IMG/VR virus record: IMGVR_UViG_3300020045_004315
Location: 1-50,465 of that record
Strand: one strand, 5' to 3'
Length of the DNA: 50,465 nucleotides
Origin: a virus
Taxonomy: Duplodnaviria > Caudoviricetes
Under the pieces are notes generated by a model, which did not search any database, was not told the origin of the DNA, and worked only from the letters and a program-made list of their open reading frames with translations. Made by a program: the position numbers and the translations under genes. Of the stretch, positions 18,308-29,002 are shown piece by piece. Every line of letters starts with the position of its first letter. Position 1 is the first letter of the stretch.

Positions 18308-18696
18308 GCGACTACAGTATCGACATAGCAGATAAAACGAAATATGTTCAAGGTGTTGAAGACGTAAAACAATGCTGGGCCATTGTTTTAACAACCGTTC
18401 CCGGATCTATTCCACTCATGCCAACCTTTGGAAGTAATCTTTTTCAATATTTGGATCAGCCAATCAATAAAGCCTTTTCTGCATTGGCAAACACCATCAT
18501 CAAAGATCTGGAATTCTGGGAAAAAAGGGCCACAATCTCAAAGGTCACAAGAATACTGGACGGCGCAACAATCAAAATAATGATTCAGGGGATTTATACA
18601 GCCGCTAAAACCGAAATCATTCAGGACATAACAGTCTATGAGGTTAATGGCGGTATAGGATATATGACAATAGGATCAACATTTATACTAAGGTAA
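18304..18696 (+). CDS. baseplate wedge protein, GpW/gp25 family
   Basis: DVKQC..IVLTT.PGS.PL.P.FGS.L..YLD.P, WEKR. Confidence 0.85.
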   Translation: MSDYSIDIADKTKYVQGVEDVKQCWAIVLTTVPGSIPLMPTFGSNLFQYLDQPINKAFSALANTIIKDLEFWEKRATISKVTRILDGATIKIMIQGIYTAAKTEIIQDITVYEVNGGIGYMTIGSTFILR

Positions 18697-18697
18697 A

Positions 18698-19093
18698 ATG
18701 GCACAAAAAGGCAGGAATATTTTAAAAGGGACTTTTGTCACAGGCTACAAACCAACCGAAAGCGATTTCAGCGATGTGTTTGATTCAGCCGCAAGTTTGA
18801 TAGATGACAATCTTTTATTGACACTAAAAGAAGGGACAAAAAACACAACATTCAATCGGACATTTCAGGCCGGATCGCAGATTGTAGCTGTAGAAGGCGT
18901 AAAGGTTTCAGGAACTCCTGTAATTAAAATCGGCTTTGGTTCGGGAGGATCTGACATCCTCGAAGAAACTGAAATTGATTCAGATTTCTATCAAAACTAT
19001 GTCATAAACTGCATTGAAGCGACTACAATATTTGTAACAATCTCAGGCGGATCATTAAAAATAAACTTCAAATATCATGCGAACAATTTTTAA
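18698..19093 (+). CDS. hypothetical protein
   Basis: F.TG.KPT..DF..VFDS N-terminal motif seen in phage structural proteins. Confidence 0.7.
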   Translation: MAQKGRNILKGTFVTGYKPTESDFSDVFDSAASLIDDNLLLTLKEGTKNTTFNRTFQAGSQIVAVEGVKVSGTPVIKIGFGSGGSDILEETEIDSDFYQNYVINCIEATTIFVTISGGSLKINFKYHANNF

Positions 19094-22000
19094 ACTCATA
19101 CTGCCATTTCTTTTGGTTTCTTCAATTGCCAATGGCCAACAAATAAAGACATACACCACAAGCGATATGATAAAAGCTAATGTGGTAACAAAATCGCCTT
19201 TATATCTTCAGGGCCCTGACAGTTTAATCACAAAGGCACAGGTCAGAGCTTTAATAAATGCGATTCCAGAAGGCGGCGGTTCGGGCACGGTGACATCATT
19301 CGGTTTTACCAACACATACGGGATAACCGGGACAGTTACTAATTCAACCAGTACGCCCAATTTGCATCTGGCATGGGACAGCGCAAGGTATTTTTATACT
19401 CAGTATCAATCGCGTTTAAAACTTCAATACCTTCCCGACTCAACCGGAAGTGGAATAAATCATTTTCCGTATTACGGAACGCAAAACCCGACAAAAACTA
19501 CTCGGATTAATTGGAATTCAAGAGCTACATTTACGGGAGTAACAGGGGGAGAAAATACTAATTTCTCGTCAACATATGGAATTTTAGGATACGGAAGTAC
19601 GTGGGGAGTGCATGGAGAAACAACAACAGGGATTGGAGTGCATGGATATTCATCAACAAGTGGAACAGCTGTTCGCGGGACGTCTTCTAGCGGAATAGGG
19701 GGTGATTTTCAATCCAGCAGCGGAAATGCATTATACGCGCTAGCTGCGAATGGAGGAGTGCCGTTTATTGCTCAGTTAACTACCGGAAACACAGCTGATA
19801 TAGCGCAGTTTAAAAATGGAAGTAATGTTGTAAAGGCGCGAATTGATAAAGATGGCGAGATTTACGCAAACGGAGTTCATTTAGGTGCCGGTGGTGGCAC
19901 ATCATCCGGCCTAAAATACGTTTACAAAGCCTTACCTGCAAATACGTTTTTAATTGACTCGCTTTACATCTACACAGAACAAAACCTAACCACAGCTAGA
20001 ACATTTACCTTTGATTTTACAAGTGCTGTAATTGGCTATACAGGACAATTCGTGATGATTGCTGATGGAGTTGAAGGTCACGCACCTTCATTTAGTCAAA
20101 GCTCACCAATTGCGGAATTAATCGGAGGCACTTATAACAATACTCTGAATTATAAAAACGTTTTAAGTTGGATGTATGTAAGTGAAAACACGGTTCGGTA
20201 TTGGTGGGGAAATGCTGATTTGAATACCTACATCACCGACAAGGCTCTTAAATCTTCAACTAAAAAAACATTCGCAGGAAATATATCATTTGCTGATTAT
20301 AACACTGAGTATCTGCCTTATCAAATGACAGGGAACCTTTATATAGGACTTGACACAGCCGGGGCGGTTCCTGGATTTGCACCTCATTATTCAATTATTG
20401 GTAAAAATAATTATCATATTTGGCATACCTCCCAATGGTCACCGATGGACACTGCAAACACTTATCGGGACATTGGAACCACTGACGGGACGCTATACAC
20501 GTTCCTAGGAGGTAAATTTAATTCGGGAATTTATTCACGGTTCAAATTTAATCTTATTGATTCGTTTGTTTTGCCGGGGATAGCTCCTACTTTACTTTCC
20601 GCAGTACTCAGGAATAACTATCCTTATGTAATAAATTTAATATATAACCAGTCGCTTTATTCGGGTTCAGTTCCAGCTACAACCGATTTCACAACTTCGC
20701 CAAGTAGAACTATTTCAAGCGTTGCAATTTCAGGAGATACGTTAAAAATTACTGTTTCAAGCAGACTTAATTATAACGATGTAATATCTATTAATTATAC
20801 GGTAGGATCAAACGGTATAAAACATAGTTCTACGGGAGCAAGCGCAACCAGTTTTAGCGGCGTAAATGTGATAAATGGAATAGTTCAAATCATATTATCA
20901 ACTCCATCACCTTCAGGATCATCGTTAAGTACGTCTAGTTTGCGGTTTGCCTGGGCAAATGTCACATACAATTCAGGATACACGTGCCAAGTTTCTACAG
21001 ATAATGGGGATACATGGGGCACATCTTTTAATCTTGCAAATAATACAACGCAATATGATATAACAGGCTTAGGAACAGGGGAAAGGCGAGATTTTAGAAT
21101 ATACGCTAGAGGATCGACAGACGGAAATTACGGCAATTCCGCTACGGTAACCTCATACGCAGTTACCTCTGCATTAACTCAACTTTCAACCCCAACAAAC
21201 GGTGCAATTACCGAACTTTCCTCGACAGGATTAACCGCAAATGTTTCGGGAGTTGATGCAAACGCAAGTTATTTATCCCTTGATTATAAATTAACCAGTT
21301 CAGGCACATGGACTAACTTCAGTTCAACTTTAGCTAGAACCGTAACAAGTCAGGCAATAACAGGATTAACCGCAGGGAGTGGATACGACACTAGATGGAC
21401 GGCGATTGGAAACGGAACTACTTACAGTAATTCGAATGCAAGTTCTACCGTATCAGCAACAACATACGGTACAAGCATGACCTTTACTTCAGCCGCAACC
21501 AGCACGGACGGAACCTACCTCGACATTACCTGTAGTAAAAATGTTGCTTCGTGTACTTCTGGTATCACTCTTTACGTGGGAGGAGTTTCAAAAACTTTTG
21601 CTTATTCGATTGTAAGCAATAAAATTAGAATTACTCCGACTGTGGCCTTTATTTCGAGTGATGTAATCACATTGAGCGCAAGTTCTTCAAATGCTTTGGC
21701 TACGGATAATGGGGCGTTGACTGATTTTACTAGTCAGAGTGTTACTAATAATGTGGCGGCTTCAATAACATATACTTTCATGGATTGGCAAAACATCCAA
21801 TCCGGATTAACAATGAACACCACAACCCACGATCTGGTATTAACAACAGGATCAAATAAATTAGCTTACGATAATTTTTCGTTAACAAGTAATTTCGAAG
21901 TTGTAATCCCTAAACCTACAGTATCAGCAGACGGAATGACAGCATGCGGGGTTTCGTTGACTAGTGGATATGTGTTTTATAGTGACGCATCGTACAATGG

Positions 22001-22247
22001 ATATAGATTTACAAACACGTATTATATAACAGTAATAAACGGAGCGCCAGTTGACTATATCACATTAGATCATAATTTTTATAAAATAAAACACGCAGGA
22101 AGTACTATGACCTGGGAAGAATCTAACGATGGCATAAGTTGGACTGTAAAACATACAGAAACTATTACATCTGCGGCGTATCTTATAAAAGGTCAAATTT
22201 ATTATCAAGGTGAGCATTTGATTGGAGTAAAGGCTGCAAATTTATGA
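19077..22247 (+). CDS. large Ser/Thr-rich beta-rich protein with FN3-like and Ig-like repeats and a signal-peptide-like N-terminus
   Basis: MRTIFKLILPFLLVSSIANG; GGGSGTVTS; GVHG repeats; two FN3-like units (YDITGLGTG..., ITGLTAGSGYD). Confidence 0.7.
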   Translation: MRTIFKLILPFLLVSSIANGQQIKTYTTSDMIKANVVTKSPLYLQGPDSLITKAQVRALINAIPEGGGSGTVTSFGFTNTYGITGTVTNSTSTPNLHLAWDSARYFYTQYQSRLKLQYLPDSTGSGINHFPYYGTQNPTKTTRINWNSRATFTGVTGGENTNFSSTYGILGYGSTWGVHGETTTGIGVHGYSSTSGTAVRGTSSSGIGGDFQSSSGNALYALAANGGVPFIAQLTTGNTADIAQFKNGSNVVKARIDKDGEIYANGVHLGAGGGTSSGLKYVYKALPANTFLIDSLYIYTEQNLTTARTFTFDFTSAVIGYTGQFVMIADGVEGHAPSFSQSSPIAELIGGTYNNTLNYKNVLSWMYVSENTVRYWWGNADLNTYITDKALKSSTKKTFAGNISFADYNTEYLPYQMTGNLYIGLDTAGAVPGFAPHYSIIGKNNYHIWHTSQWSPMDTANTYRDIGTTDGTLYTFLGGKFNSGIYSRFKFNLIDSFVLPGIAPTLLSAVLRNNYPYVINLIYNQSLYSGSVPATTDFTTSPSRTISSVAISGDTLKITVSSRLNYNDVISINYTVGSNGIKHSSTGASATSFSGVNVINGIVQIILSTPSPSGSSLSTSSLRFAWANVTYNSGYTCQVSTDNGDTWGTSFNLANNTTQYDITGLGTGERRDFRIYARGSTDGNYGNSATVTSYAVTSALTQLSTPTNGAITELSSTGLTANVSGVDANASYLSLDYKLTSSGTWTNFSSTLARTVTSQAITGLTAGSGYDTRWTAIGNGTTYSNSNASSTVSATTYGTSMTFTSAATSTDGTYLDITCSKNVASCTSGITLYVGGVSKTFAYSIVSNKIRITPTVAFISSDVITLSASSSNALATDNGALTDFTSQSVTNNVAASITYTFMDWQNIQSGLTMNTTTHDLVLTTGSNKLAYDNFSLTSNFEVVIPKPTVSADGMTACGVSLTSGYVFYSDASYNGYRFTNTYYITVINGAPVDYITLDHNFYKIKHAGSTMTWEESNDGISWTVKHTETITSAAYLIKGQIYYQGEHLIGVKAANL

Positions 22248-23128
22248 AAAAAATAATAGTTTTTATTTTGATTAGTTGCTCCCAAATAGGAGCAACATCT
22301 CAAGGTTTAGTTCTTTTCGATCTTTGTAAAAAAAATAGTAAGATTATTATAAGCAAACCTATTTTTATTTCAGGTCGTGGACAGTCGAATATGGTAGGAG
22401 GGTCAAGCTTGGATTACACGCAATCCAACAACCCCAGTTATTCAGGCTCTTATGCTAATATAAAAACATTTACCTTTTACAATGCTGATGGTAGTCCAAA
22501 TTTCACCCCTAAAAATGAATTTGAGACATTAAACACTACGCCAAGCTACGCCAACAGTGGAGGTAATACTTATGCAAAACTTAATCCTGTATGTATTACA
22601 GCAATAGCACTTCAGTCATATTATAATGTCCCTGTGTACTATTTAAACTATAGCGTCGGCGGAACCTCGTTAACATTAGGGGACGCAAACGGTTGGAATA
22701 TCCATGTATCAGGAGGGCTAAATGATCAATCACATACATATATATCAAAATGTATCTTAATGATGGATTCAATTTATGGGTCTGGAAATTGGATTTACTT
22801 AGCTGATTTATGGATGCAGGGGGAGGCTGGCCCAACTACTACCGCCGCGTATGAACTTGCGGAAAGTGATTTTATTAATTCGTTAAGATCAGCCTTTGGT
22901 AACAACATTTTGTTTGTGGATGGCCTTTTAACTTATTCCAGCACCTTAAATAGTTATTACCCATATGTAAATCAAGCAAAAACAAACAATTCGGTTAAAA
23001 ATACGCATAACATATTGGTAAATAATGATAATTGCGAAAAGGTAGATGCTTATCATTACACGGATGCAGGATATTTTCAGTTAGGACAAAACTTTGCAAA
23101 TGCAATTAAATTAAAATTACCAAAATGA
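22244..23128 (+). CDS. SGNH acetylesterase (SASA/CE6-like)
   Basis: GQSNMVG, VGGTSL, WMQGE, DAYH catalytic blocks. Confidence 0.85.
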   Translation: MKKIIVFILISCSQIGATSQGLVLFDLCKKNSKIIISKPIFISGRGQSNMVGGSSLDYTQSNNPSYSGSYANIKTFTFYNADGSPNFTPKNEFETLNTTPSYANSGGNTYAKLNPVCITAIALQSYYNVPVYYLNYSVGGTSLTLGDANGWNIHVSGGLNDQSHTYISKCILMMDSIYGSGNWIYLADLWMQGEAGPTTTAAYELAESDFINSLRSAFGNNILFVDGLLTYSSTLNSYYPYVNQAKTNNSVKNTHNILVNNDNCEKVDAYHYTDAGYFQLGQNFANAIKLKLPK

Positions 23129-26100
23129 AAAACCTACTCATACTTTTACTATTCATAACATCCCCTCTTCCCGCTCAGATCATTAAATCCGGTGGTAAGG
23201 CGCATAAAACAACGACCCAAAACTCGTTAACAGTTGATTGGCTTAAAACCTATTCGTCAACCGCAGGGGATAATGATTATTTTAAATTAAAATCAAATAC
23301 TGGGTGGCTGATAACTGATTATCCCGATTGGGTTACAATTTCAAATATGTCAGGATACGGTAATTTAAATGTGACCGTAACCGTTCTGGCTAATTCAGGC
23401 GCGCAAAGAATTGATAGTTTAGGAATAGTTGGGACACGAACTAAAAAAGTTTGGATTAAAGTAGCCCAGTCCGCAGGATCAGCCCCAACTCCTTATTTGC
23501 GAACAGGCAATTTATCTCAATTCAGTTCCGCCAACGGTTCATCTGATACTGTTCACATCAAATCAAACGGACCGTGGAGCGTAACAGATTTATCTTTTAC
23601 AAACTCATCCCCAAAGTCAGGAACCGGCAATGGAATTGTAACCGTAACCGTAACAGGAAATACAGGAGCCTTCAGAAGTGGGAACATTGTCGTATCAGGA
23701 ACGGGCGTAACGAGTCAAAATGTGGCTGTTAGTCAGGCAGACGGGATACCGGCTCAAACAATCGACATTGATTATCTTGATCCTTTTGCACCCACAGCAT
23801 CGCAAACCGATTGGTTTAACGTATTTACGGAAACAAATACACCTTGGCATATTACTAAAGTTCCGGTATGGGTAACACCTTCCAAAAATTCAGGCATCGG
23901 ATCGGCCATAGACGCAACGGGTGTTCACGTTTCAATCGCTGCCAACAATACAGGATCGACACGAACAGGATATATAGTCGTCAAAAATCTTAACAATACC
24001 GTTGCTGATTCTTTACTTGTAACTCAATACGGATCGTCATTCACGGCATCACTTACTTTTACTCAAATCGGAACCCTATCAAATGCCAACGGAGCATCCG
24101 GAACTTTCGATATTACTTCCAACGTTTCATTTGCTATATCATATCCTTCGTGGTGCAGTGGTACAACAACTGGAAGCGGCAATTCTACAATAACGGTCAC
24201 AGCAACACAGAACACAGGATCACAAAGAACCGGAACGGTTACTATAACAGGAACCGGAATGTCAGCGCAAACAATGACGGTTACACAGGGAAGCGGTCAA
24301 AATTCAAGTGTAGCCGATTACTATGTCGCCCCCAATGGAAGTGATTCAAACGCCGGTACAATATCATCCCCTTTCTACTCTTTAAATAAGGTCATATCTG
24401 TAATTCAACCAGGCCAAACAGCATACTTTCGGGGAGGTACTTATTCATATACAACCCAGCAAAATATAATGGATATTACAGGTAGTGAAGGAAATTTAAT
24501 AAAAATTTGGGCTTACCCTGGCGAAAAGCCAATTTTTCAGAGGGCAGGATCGGCAGCAAATGGAATATCTATGAAAAATGCTCATTATATACATATTAAA
24601 GGCATTACAATGAGAAATTACAACGGTAGTAACCTATCATCAGGCATTTACGCTCATTGGGGTGGTGGCGTGGGCAACGGCTCAGATAATAATATTTTTG
24701 AAGCTTGTGATTTTTACAACAACGGACTAGGTGCGTTATTTGATGGAAGTAATCAACAATGGATCAATTGCGACTTTCATGAAAATTACGGTCAGTCCGG
24801 TGCTGCATCATACGGTGATGCTGATGGTATAGAAATTTACCCAAGTTATAACGGCTCAACGTCCGGGACATCAACTTTGACAGCATGCAGAAGTTGGCAT
24901 AATGGTGATGATGGTTTTGATTGTAGCGACAACGACGAAAACGTTATATTTTTAAATTGCTGGTCGTATAAAAATGGATTCAGGGCAGATCATACAACGA
25001 AAGCCGGTGATGGTAACGGATTTAAATTAGGGTGGTCAAACACAACAACAACTTCGTTTATCCGAACTGTTACAAATTGCGTTTCTTCATATAATTACGC
25101 TCATGGATTTACAGATAACACGATAAGAGGAAAAATAAAAATATACAATTGTACCGCACACGGGAACGGCAATTTAAATTCATCTATTTATTCAGGATTT
25201 GGAATTGACTTTACAATAGGAGGAATAAACAATGCTCACGACATTAAAAATAATCTATTTTACTCAAACAAATATAATGGAAGCGCAAACGGGTTAAATT
25301 CTGATAGGGCAAATGTACTTTCGAACGCTGTATTATCAACAAATAGCTGGAACATAAGGACGGCAAATTCGAGCGACTTTGTTTCTTTAGATTCATCTCA
25401 ATTAAGGTCATCACGTCAATCAGACGGATCTTTGCCTGTCATTAATTATCTTCATTTAACGTCAGGCAGTGCGTTTAAGAATGCCGCAAGCGATCAGGGT
25501 TACGGCACGGACATAGGAGCGTTTTCAAGCACTTCGACAGGCGAAACAACCTATACCCAGCCATTCACAAGCTTAGGTAATTCAATTCAAAACAAAAAAC
25601 TATCAACTGACGCCTCCATATCAACCGCTCCGTTAAAGTTCACAAACACGGGTTTTGATATTCAGAATTGTCAGATCGATGGTAATTATACAAACACCTA
25701 CGATTTACTTACAGCCGAGGGTGCAACAAGCGCAAAAACATGCAAATTTAAATACAACGTTGTGACGTTTAAAAACACCGGGCCTCATGTTATTGCTGTG
25801 GGTAGCGAGGGGTCTTCAGGTTCGAATAATCACTATGACGGGGTTGAGTTTATTGGTAACAAACTTACCGGAATAGGAAATCTTTCTTCCGGAATGTCAC
25901 ATGGGTTTTACGTAGGGTTTTCGAAAAACAATATATACAAATACAACTTTTTCGATAATGCAGTTGAGCCGATTGTGTTCGAAGGGACCGACTACGATAA
26001 TTCATCCGGCATAATCTCATATAATGTTTTTAAAAACAGTCAAAAAGAATCTGTGACTATCGCAAGTCAACGCAATACACGGATTTATAATAATACATTT

Positions 26101-26574
26101 TATTGCGATGAAACTCTAGCGTTATCGTATCCGGCATTTATAACCTCAGAGGCTGGTTACAACTCAGGAACGCAAAACTCAAATACTGTAATCAAAAACA
26201 ACATCTTTTACTCGACAGGAACACGGCCCTATATGCTGCAATTTGCGGACTATAAAGCCTCGCAAGGATTAGATTGTGATTACAATGTTTACTATCGCGT
26301 AGGTGGTAACCCGTTATTCATTTACACTAATTCGAGCGGGACGGTGCAATATCTAACCTTCGCGCAATGGCAAGCATTAGGTTATGATACCCATTCTGTC
26401 GTGGTTGATCCGTATTTAAATAGTACTACATTAATCCCAACTAGCACAGTAAATCACGCCACAGCATTAACGGGCAACGAATCGGGCATTGATCCGGCTA
26501 ATGTCTGGAACCGATCTACGACAGTAACAAAAAGTCAGGGAGGGGTATGGCAGAATGGGGCCTTTATAAAGTAA
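23125..26574 (+). CDS. BACON-repeat, right-handed beta-helix protein with a PL9 (PelL)-like lyase domain
   Basis: About 4 repeats SN..W.....W......SG.GN..VTVT...N.G..R; YYVAPNGSD...RGGTY; DADG, NGDDGFD, GNGFKLG; second beta-helix at the C-terminus. Confidence 0.8.
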   Translation: MKNLLILLLFITSPLPAQIIKSGGKAHKTTTQNSLTVDWLKTYSSTAGDNDYFKLKSNTGWLITDYPDWVTISNMSGYGNLNVTVTVLANSGAQRIDSLGIVGTRTKKVWIKVAQSAGSAPTPYLRTGNLSQFSSANGSSDTVHIKSNGPWSVTDLSFTNSSPKSGTGNGIVTVTVTGNTGAFRSGNIVVSGTGVTSQNVAVSQADGIPAQTIDIDYLDPFAPTASQTDWFNVFTETNTPWHITKVPVWVTPSKNSGIGSAIDATGVHVSIAANNTGSTRTGYIVVKNLNNTVADSLLVTQYGSSFTASLTFTQIGTLSNANGASGTFDITSNVSFAISYPSWCSGTTTGSGNSTITVTATQNTGSQRTGTVTITGTGMSAQTMTVTQGSGQNSSVADYYVAPNGSDSNAGTISSPFYSLNKVISVIQPGQTAYFRGGTYSYTTQQNIMDITGSEGNLIKIWAYPGEKPIFQRAGSAANGISMKNAHYIHIKGITMRNYNGSNLSSGIYAHWGGGVGNGSDNNIFEACDFYNNGLGALFDGSNQQWINCDFHENYGQSGAASYGDADGIEIYPSYNGSTSGTSTLTACRSWHNGDDGFDCSDNDENVIFLNCWSYKNGFRADHTTKAGDGNGFKLGWSNTTTTSFIRTVTNCVSSYNYAHGFTDNTIRGKIKIYNCTAHGNGNLNSSIYSGFGIDFTIGGINNAHDIKNNLFYSNKYNGSANGLNSDRANVLSNAVLSTNSWNIRTANSSDFVSLDSSQLRSSRQSDGSLPVINYLHLTSGSAFKNAASDQGYGTDIGAFSSTSTGETTYTQPFTSLGNSIQNKKLSTDASISTAPLKFTNTGFDIQNCQIDGNYTNTYDLLTAEGATSAKTCKFKYNVVTFKNTGPHVIAVGSEGSSGSNNHYDGVEFIGNKLTGIGNLSSGMSHGFYVGFSKNNIYKYNFFDNAVEPIVFEGTDYDNSSGIISYNVFKNSQKESVTIASQRNTRIYNNTFYCDETLALSYPAFITSEAGYNSGTQNSNTVIKNNIFYSTGTRPYMLQFADYKASQGLDCDYNVYYRVGGNPLFIYTNSSGTVQYLTFAQWQALGYDTHSVVVDPYLNSTTLIPTSTVNHATALTGNESGIDPANVWNRSTTVTKSQGGVWQNGAFIK

Positions 26575-26599
26575 TTATTAACCTTTAAATATCAATTTT

Positions 26600-26878
26600 A
26601 TGAAAAAGTTTATTTTGTTTTTTGTAGCATGTATTTTTTTATCGCTTGCAACGTTCGCACAAAGCGATACTGTTGTAGTTAACCCTATTATTGCTGAGGG
26701 AATTTGGGGATTTGTGTCAAATTTGCTGGTTAAATATCAGTGGATAACCTATGTAATTACCGGCCTTTTCTTTTTGTCTGAAATTATCGGGAACATTACA
26801 AAGGTAAAAGCGAACAGCGTGTATCAGTTAATTGCATCATACTTGCTTTACTTTAAAAAGAAACAAGTCAATAAGTAA
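26600..26878 (+). CDS. putative holin / membrane protein
   Basis: Hydrophobic segments, LSE.IG....VKANSVYQLI, basic C-terminal tail. Confidence 0.55.
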   Translation: MKKFILFFVACIFLSLATFAQSDTVVVNPIIAEGIWGFVSNLLVKYQWITYVITGLFFLSEIIGNITKVKANSVYQLIASYLLYFKKKQVNK

Positions 26879-26931
26879 AAAACTAAAGGCTGGGCGTTGG
26901 TCAAGTGTCCAGCCTTTTTAACATCTCAAAA

Positions 26932-27318
26932 ATGGATAAAAAACTTACATGGATTTTTGCGACAGCAACCGTTTTAACTCCTCTAGTTTGGGGGGCTGCC
27001 GTGTTTTTTATTGACAATAATCGAGACAAAAAAGACTACTCAAAACAACTAACTGAAATTAGCGCAAGCATAAAAACACTGTCGGCAAATGTTGATTCCG
27101 TTAAAAAAACCGGCAACGAAAACACTATCGTTACAAAAAAGCTAAATAAGGCTGTAGAAACCCTTATTCCTAAAGTTTTTACAAAAGATGAACAGATTGA
27201 ATTTTACAAAAATATAAACGGGATATCTGAAATAACTAAAAAAAAAGCGCAATCGAATTTGATTTTTGGGGGCCGGAATTGTTTTTTAGACCTCAGCCAA
27301 TACCTTGTCTACAAATAA
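26932..27318 (+). CDS. single-TM coiled-coil protein
   Basis: N-terminal TM helix; lysis region. Confidence 0.6.
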   Translation: MDKKLTWIFATATVLTPLVWGAAVFFIDNNRDKKDYSKQLTEISASIKTLSANVDSVKKTGNENTIVTKKLNKAVETLIPKVFTKDEQIEFYKNINGISEITKKKAQSNLIFGGRNCFLDLSQYLVYK

Positions 27319-27355
27319 ATAACAATATAAACAACAGCATTAAGCCTTCGAGAAC

Positions 27356-27655
27356 ATGGAAAATCAAAGTGACAAAATTATAACGCACGAAATGACAGCA
27401 GAAGAAATGGACAAATTTAACAAAGAGGACAACATCCTTGAAGCTTACAGATCGTTTTTTAAGCAAGACATGACAGAAGTATTAAGGCGCGAACTTGAGA
27501 CCACAAAGGAAATGAGGGATAAGGTAGACTTGCTTTATTTTGATAATATCCCGTTAAAATTATGGGGTAAAATTTATCTTTTAGCTCCACGGGCGGGTTT
27601 TGCTGCGTTTATATTAGTATGTATTGTAATAACTTACTTATTTTTTTCAAAATGA
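27356..27655 (+). CDS. protein with C-terminal TM helix
   Basis: GFAAFILVCIVITYLFF. Confidence 0.6.
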   Translation: MENQSDKIITHEMTAEEMDKFNKEDNILEAYRSFFKQDMTEVLRRELETTKEMRDKVDLLYFDNIPLKLWGKIYLLAPRAGFAAFILVCIVITYLFFSK

Positions 27656-27822
27656 GACGGTCAATATTATTGCTCGAATTAGAGCTTATAAAAATCAAAG
27701 ATCAAATGGGACAGTGCATTCCTGATGGGTGCAAAGCTAAGTGCGGAAATGATAAATGCGAGCTACTCAGAGATTATAATCAAATATCGAAAGACATACA
27801 AACTTTATACAAAGGAAAATGA
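27652..27822 (+). CDS. small hypothetical protein
   Basis: ATGA overlaps on both sides. Confidence 0.5.
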   Translation: MRRSILLLELELIKIKDQMGQCIPDGCKAKCGNDKCELLRDYNQISKDIQTLYKGK

Positions 27823-28256
27823 AAACCTCACTGAAGGGAATTGACTTGATAGCATCATCCGAAGGTGTAAGATTGAAAGCCTACAGAGACACTGGCGGAA
27901 TTTGGACCATTGGATTTGGTCACACCAAAGATGTCAAAGAGGGCGATGTAATAACTTTGAATCAGGCAAAAATTATGCTTGCTTACGACCTGGCAGAACG
28001 TGAAAGGCAGTTAAATACGCTTGGTTTAAATCTTAATCAAAATCAGTATGACGCCTGTATTGATTTAATCTATAATTGCGGTATCGGAAATTTCATGAAG
28101 TCTGACATTTTTAAAAGGATAAAAGCGAATTCAGACGATCCAATGTTGAGAGTTATTTGGCCTGAAACATACGTTCATGATCGTGCCGGAAATGAGCCTC
28201 CCGGATTGAAGATAAGACGAAAAAAAGAACTCGCACTTTATTCGCTGCCAATATGA
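27819..28256 (+). CDS. endolysin, GH24 lysozyme
   Basis: EGVRLKAYRDTGGIWTIGFGHT (E-x8-D-x5-T), NQNQYDA...YNCG, GL..RR..E. Confidence 0.95.
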   Translation: MKTSLKGIDLIASSEGVRLKAYRDTGGIWTIGFGHTKDVKEGDVITLNQAKIMLAYDLAERERQLNTLGLNLNQNQYDACIDLIYNCGIGNFMKSDIFKRIKANSDDPMLRVIWPETYVHDRAGNEPPGLKIRRKKELALYSLPI

Positions 28257-28783
28257 AAACCGGATATGTAATTTTATTAATTGCGCTTTTGATTGTTACT
28301 TCGGGAATAGCTGGGTATTTCATTCATCAACCCAAGACTATCACCATTGTGTCAGATCCAATCATCAAGCCGGACCCGAAAATCAATAAGGAAAACGATT
28401 CCTTAAAGGTCGTGGTTGTAATCAAAGAAACTCAAAACGATTCACTGAAAAGGCTACTTTCCAAATACGGAGTAAAACCCAAAGTACACGATTCGATCCA
28501 GATCGTTACCCTTCCATGCGATTCAACCCATATTGTACAACAATTACAGGAAGATATAAGGATATGGCAAACAATAAGCGCAAATCAGGATTCAATTATC
28601 CAACCGCTAAAACGTCACGAAGTAAAGTTAATTTCAGAGGTGGTAAAAAGGGATTCCGCCATCTACATATGGCAAACAAAATACAATAACGATGTTGCAG
28701 ATTTTAGGAGGCAAAAGAAAAACATTCTTATAACGGGCGGGAGTATTATTTCAACCCTTATTCTTTCGATACTTCTTTTATAA
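28253..28783 (+). CDS. putative spanin-like membrane protein
   Basis: Follows the endolysin; TM helices at both ends with coiled coil between. Confidence 0.5.
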   Translation: MKTGYVILLIALLIVTSGIAGYFIHQPKTITIVSDPIIKPDPKINKENDSLKVVVVIKETQNDSLKRLLSKYGVKPKVHDSIQIVTLPCDSTHIVQQLQEDIRIWQTISANQDSIIQPLKRHEVKLISEVVKRDSAIYIWQTKYNNDVADFRRQKKNILITGGSIISTLILSILLL

Positions 28784-28827
28784 TTTTCATAGATAGTAGT
28801 TTAGTAGTAGTTAGTTTGTAGGTGATT

Positions 28828-28866
28828 CCCTGCCAGATGTGAAATCTCGCAGGGTTTTGCGTTTTT
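28828..28866 (+). terminator. intrinsic terminator after the lysis genes
   Basis: CCCTGC-CAGAT GTGAA ATCT-CGCAGGG followed by TTTTGCGTTTTT. Confidence 0.6.
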
Positions 28867-29002
28867 ACCCCTAAAAAATGACGTTCGTCAAAATGTACAC
28901 AAATGAGTAAATAAAATGTAAAATATGACTTTTATCATAGTATTAATATCACACAAATGTGTATATTTACATCATAATTAATAACAATAAAAGCACAAAG
29001 TC

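Noticed and set aside
19077-26574. Diversity-generating retroelement target or T9SS cargo
   Set aside because: No reverse transcriptase or TR/VR pair was seen in the window, and no recognisable T9SS C-terminal domain
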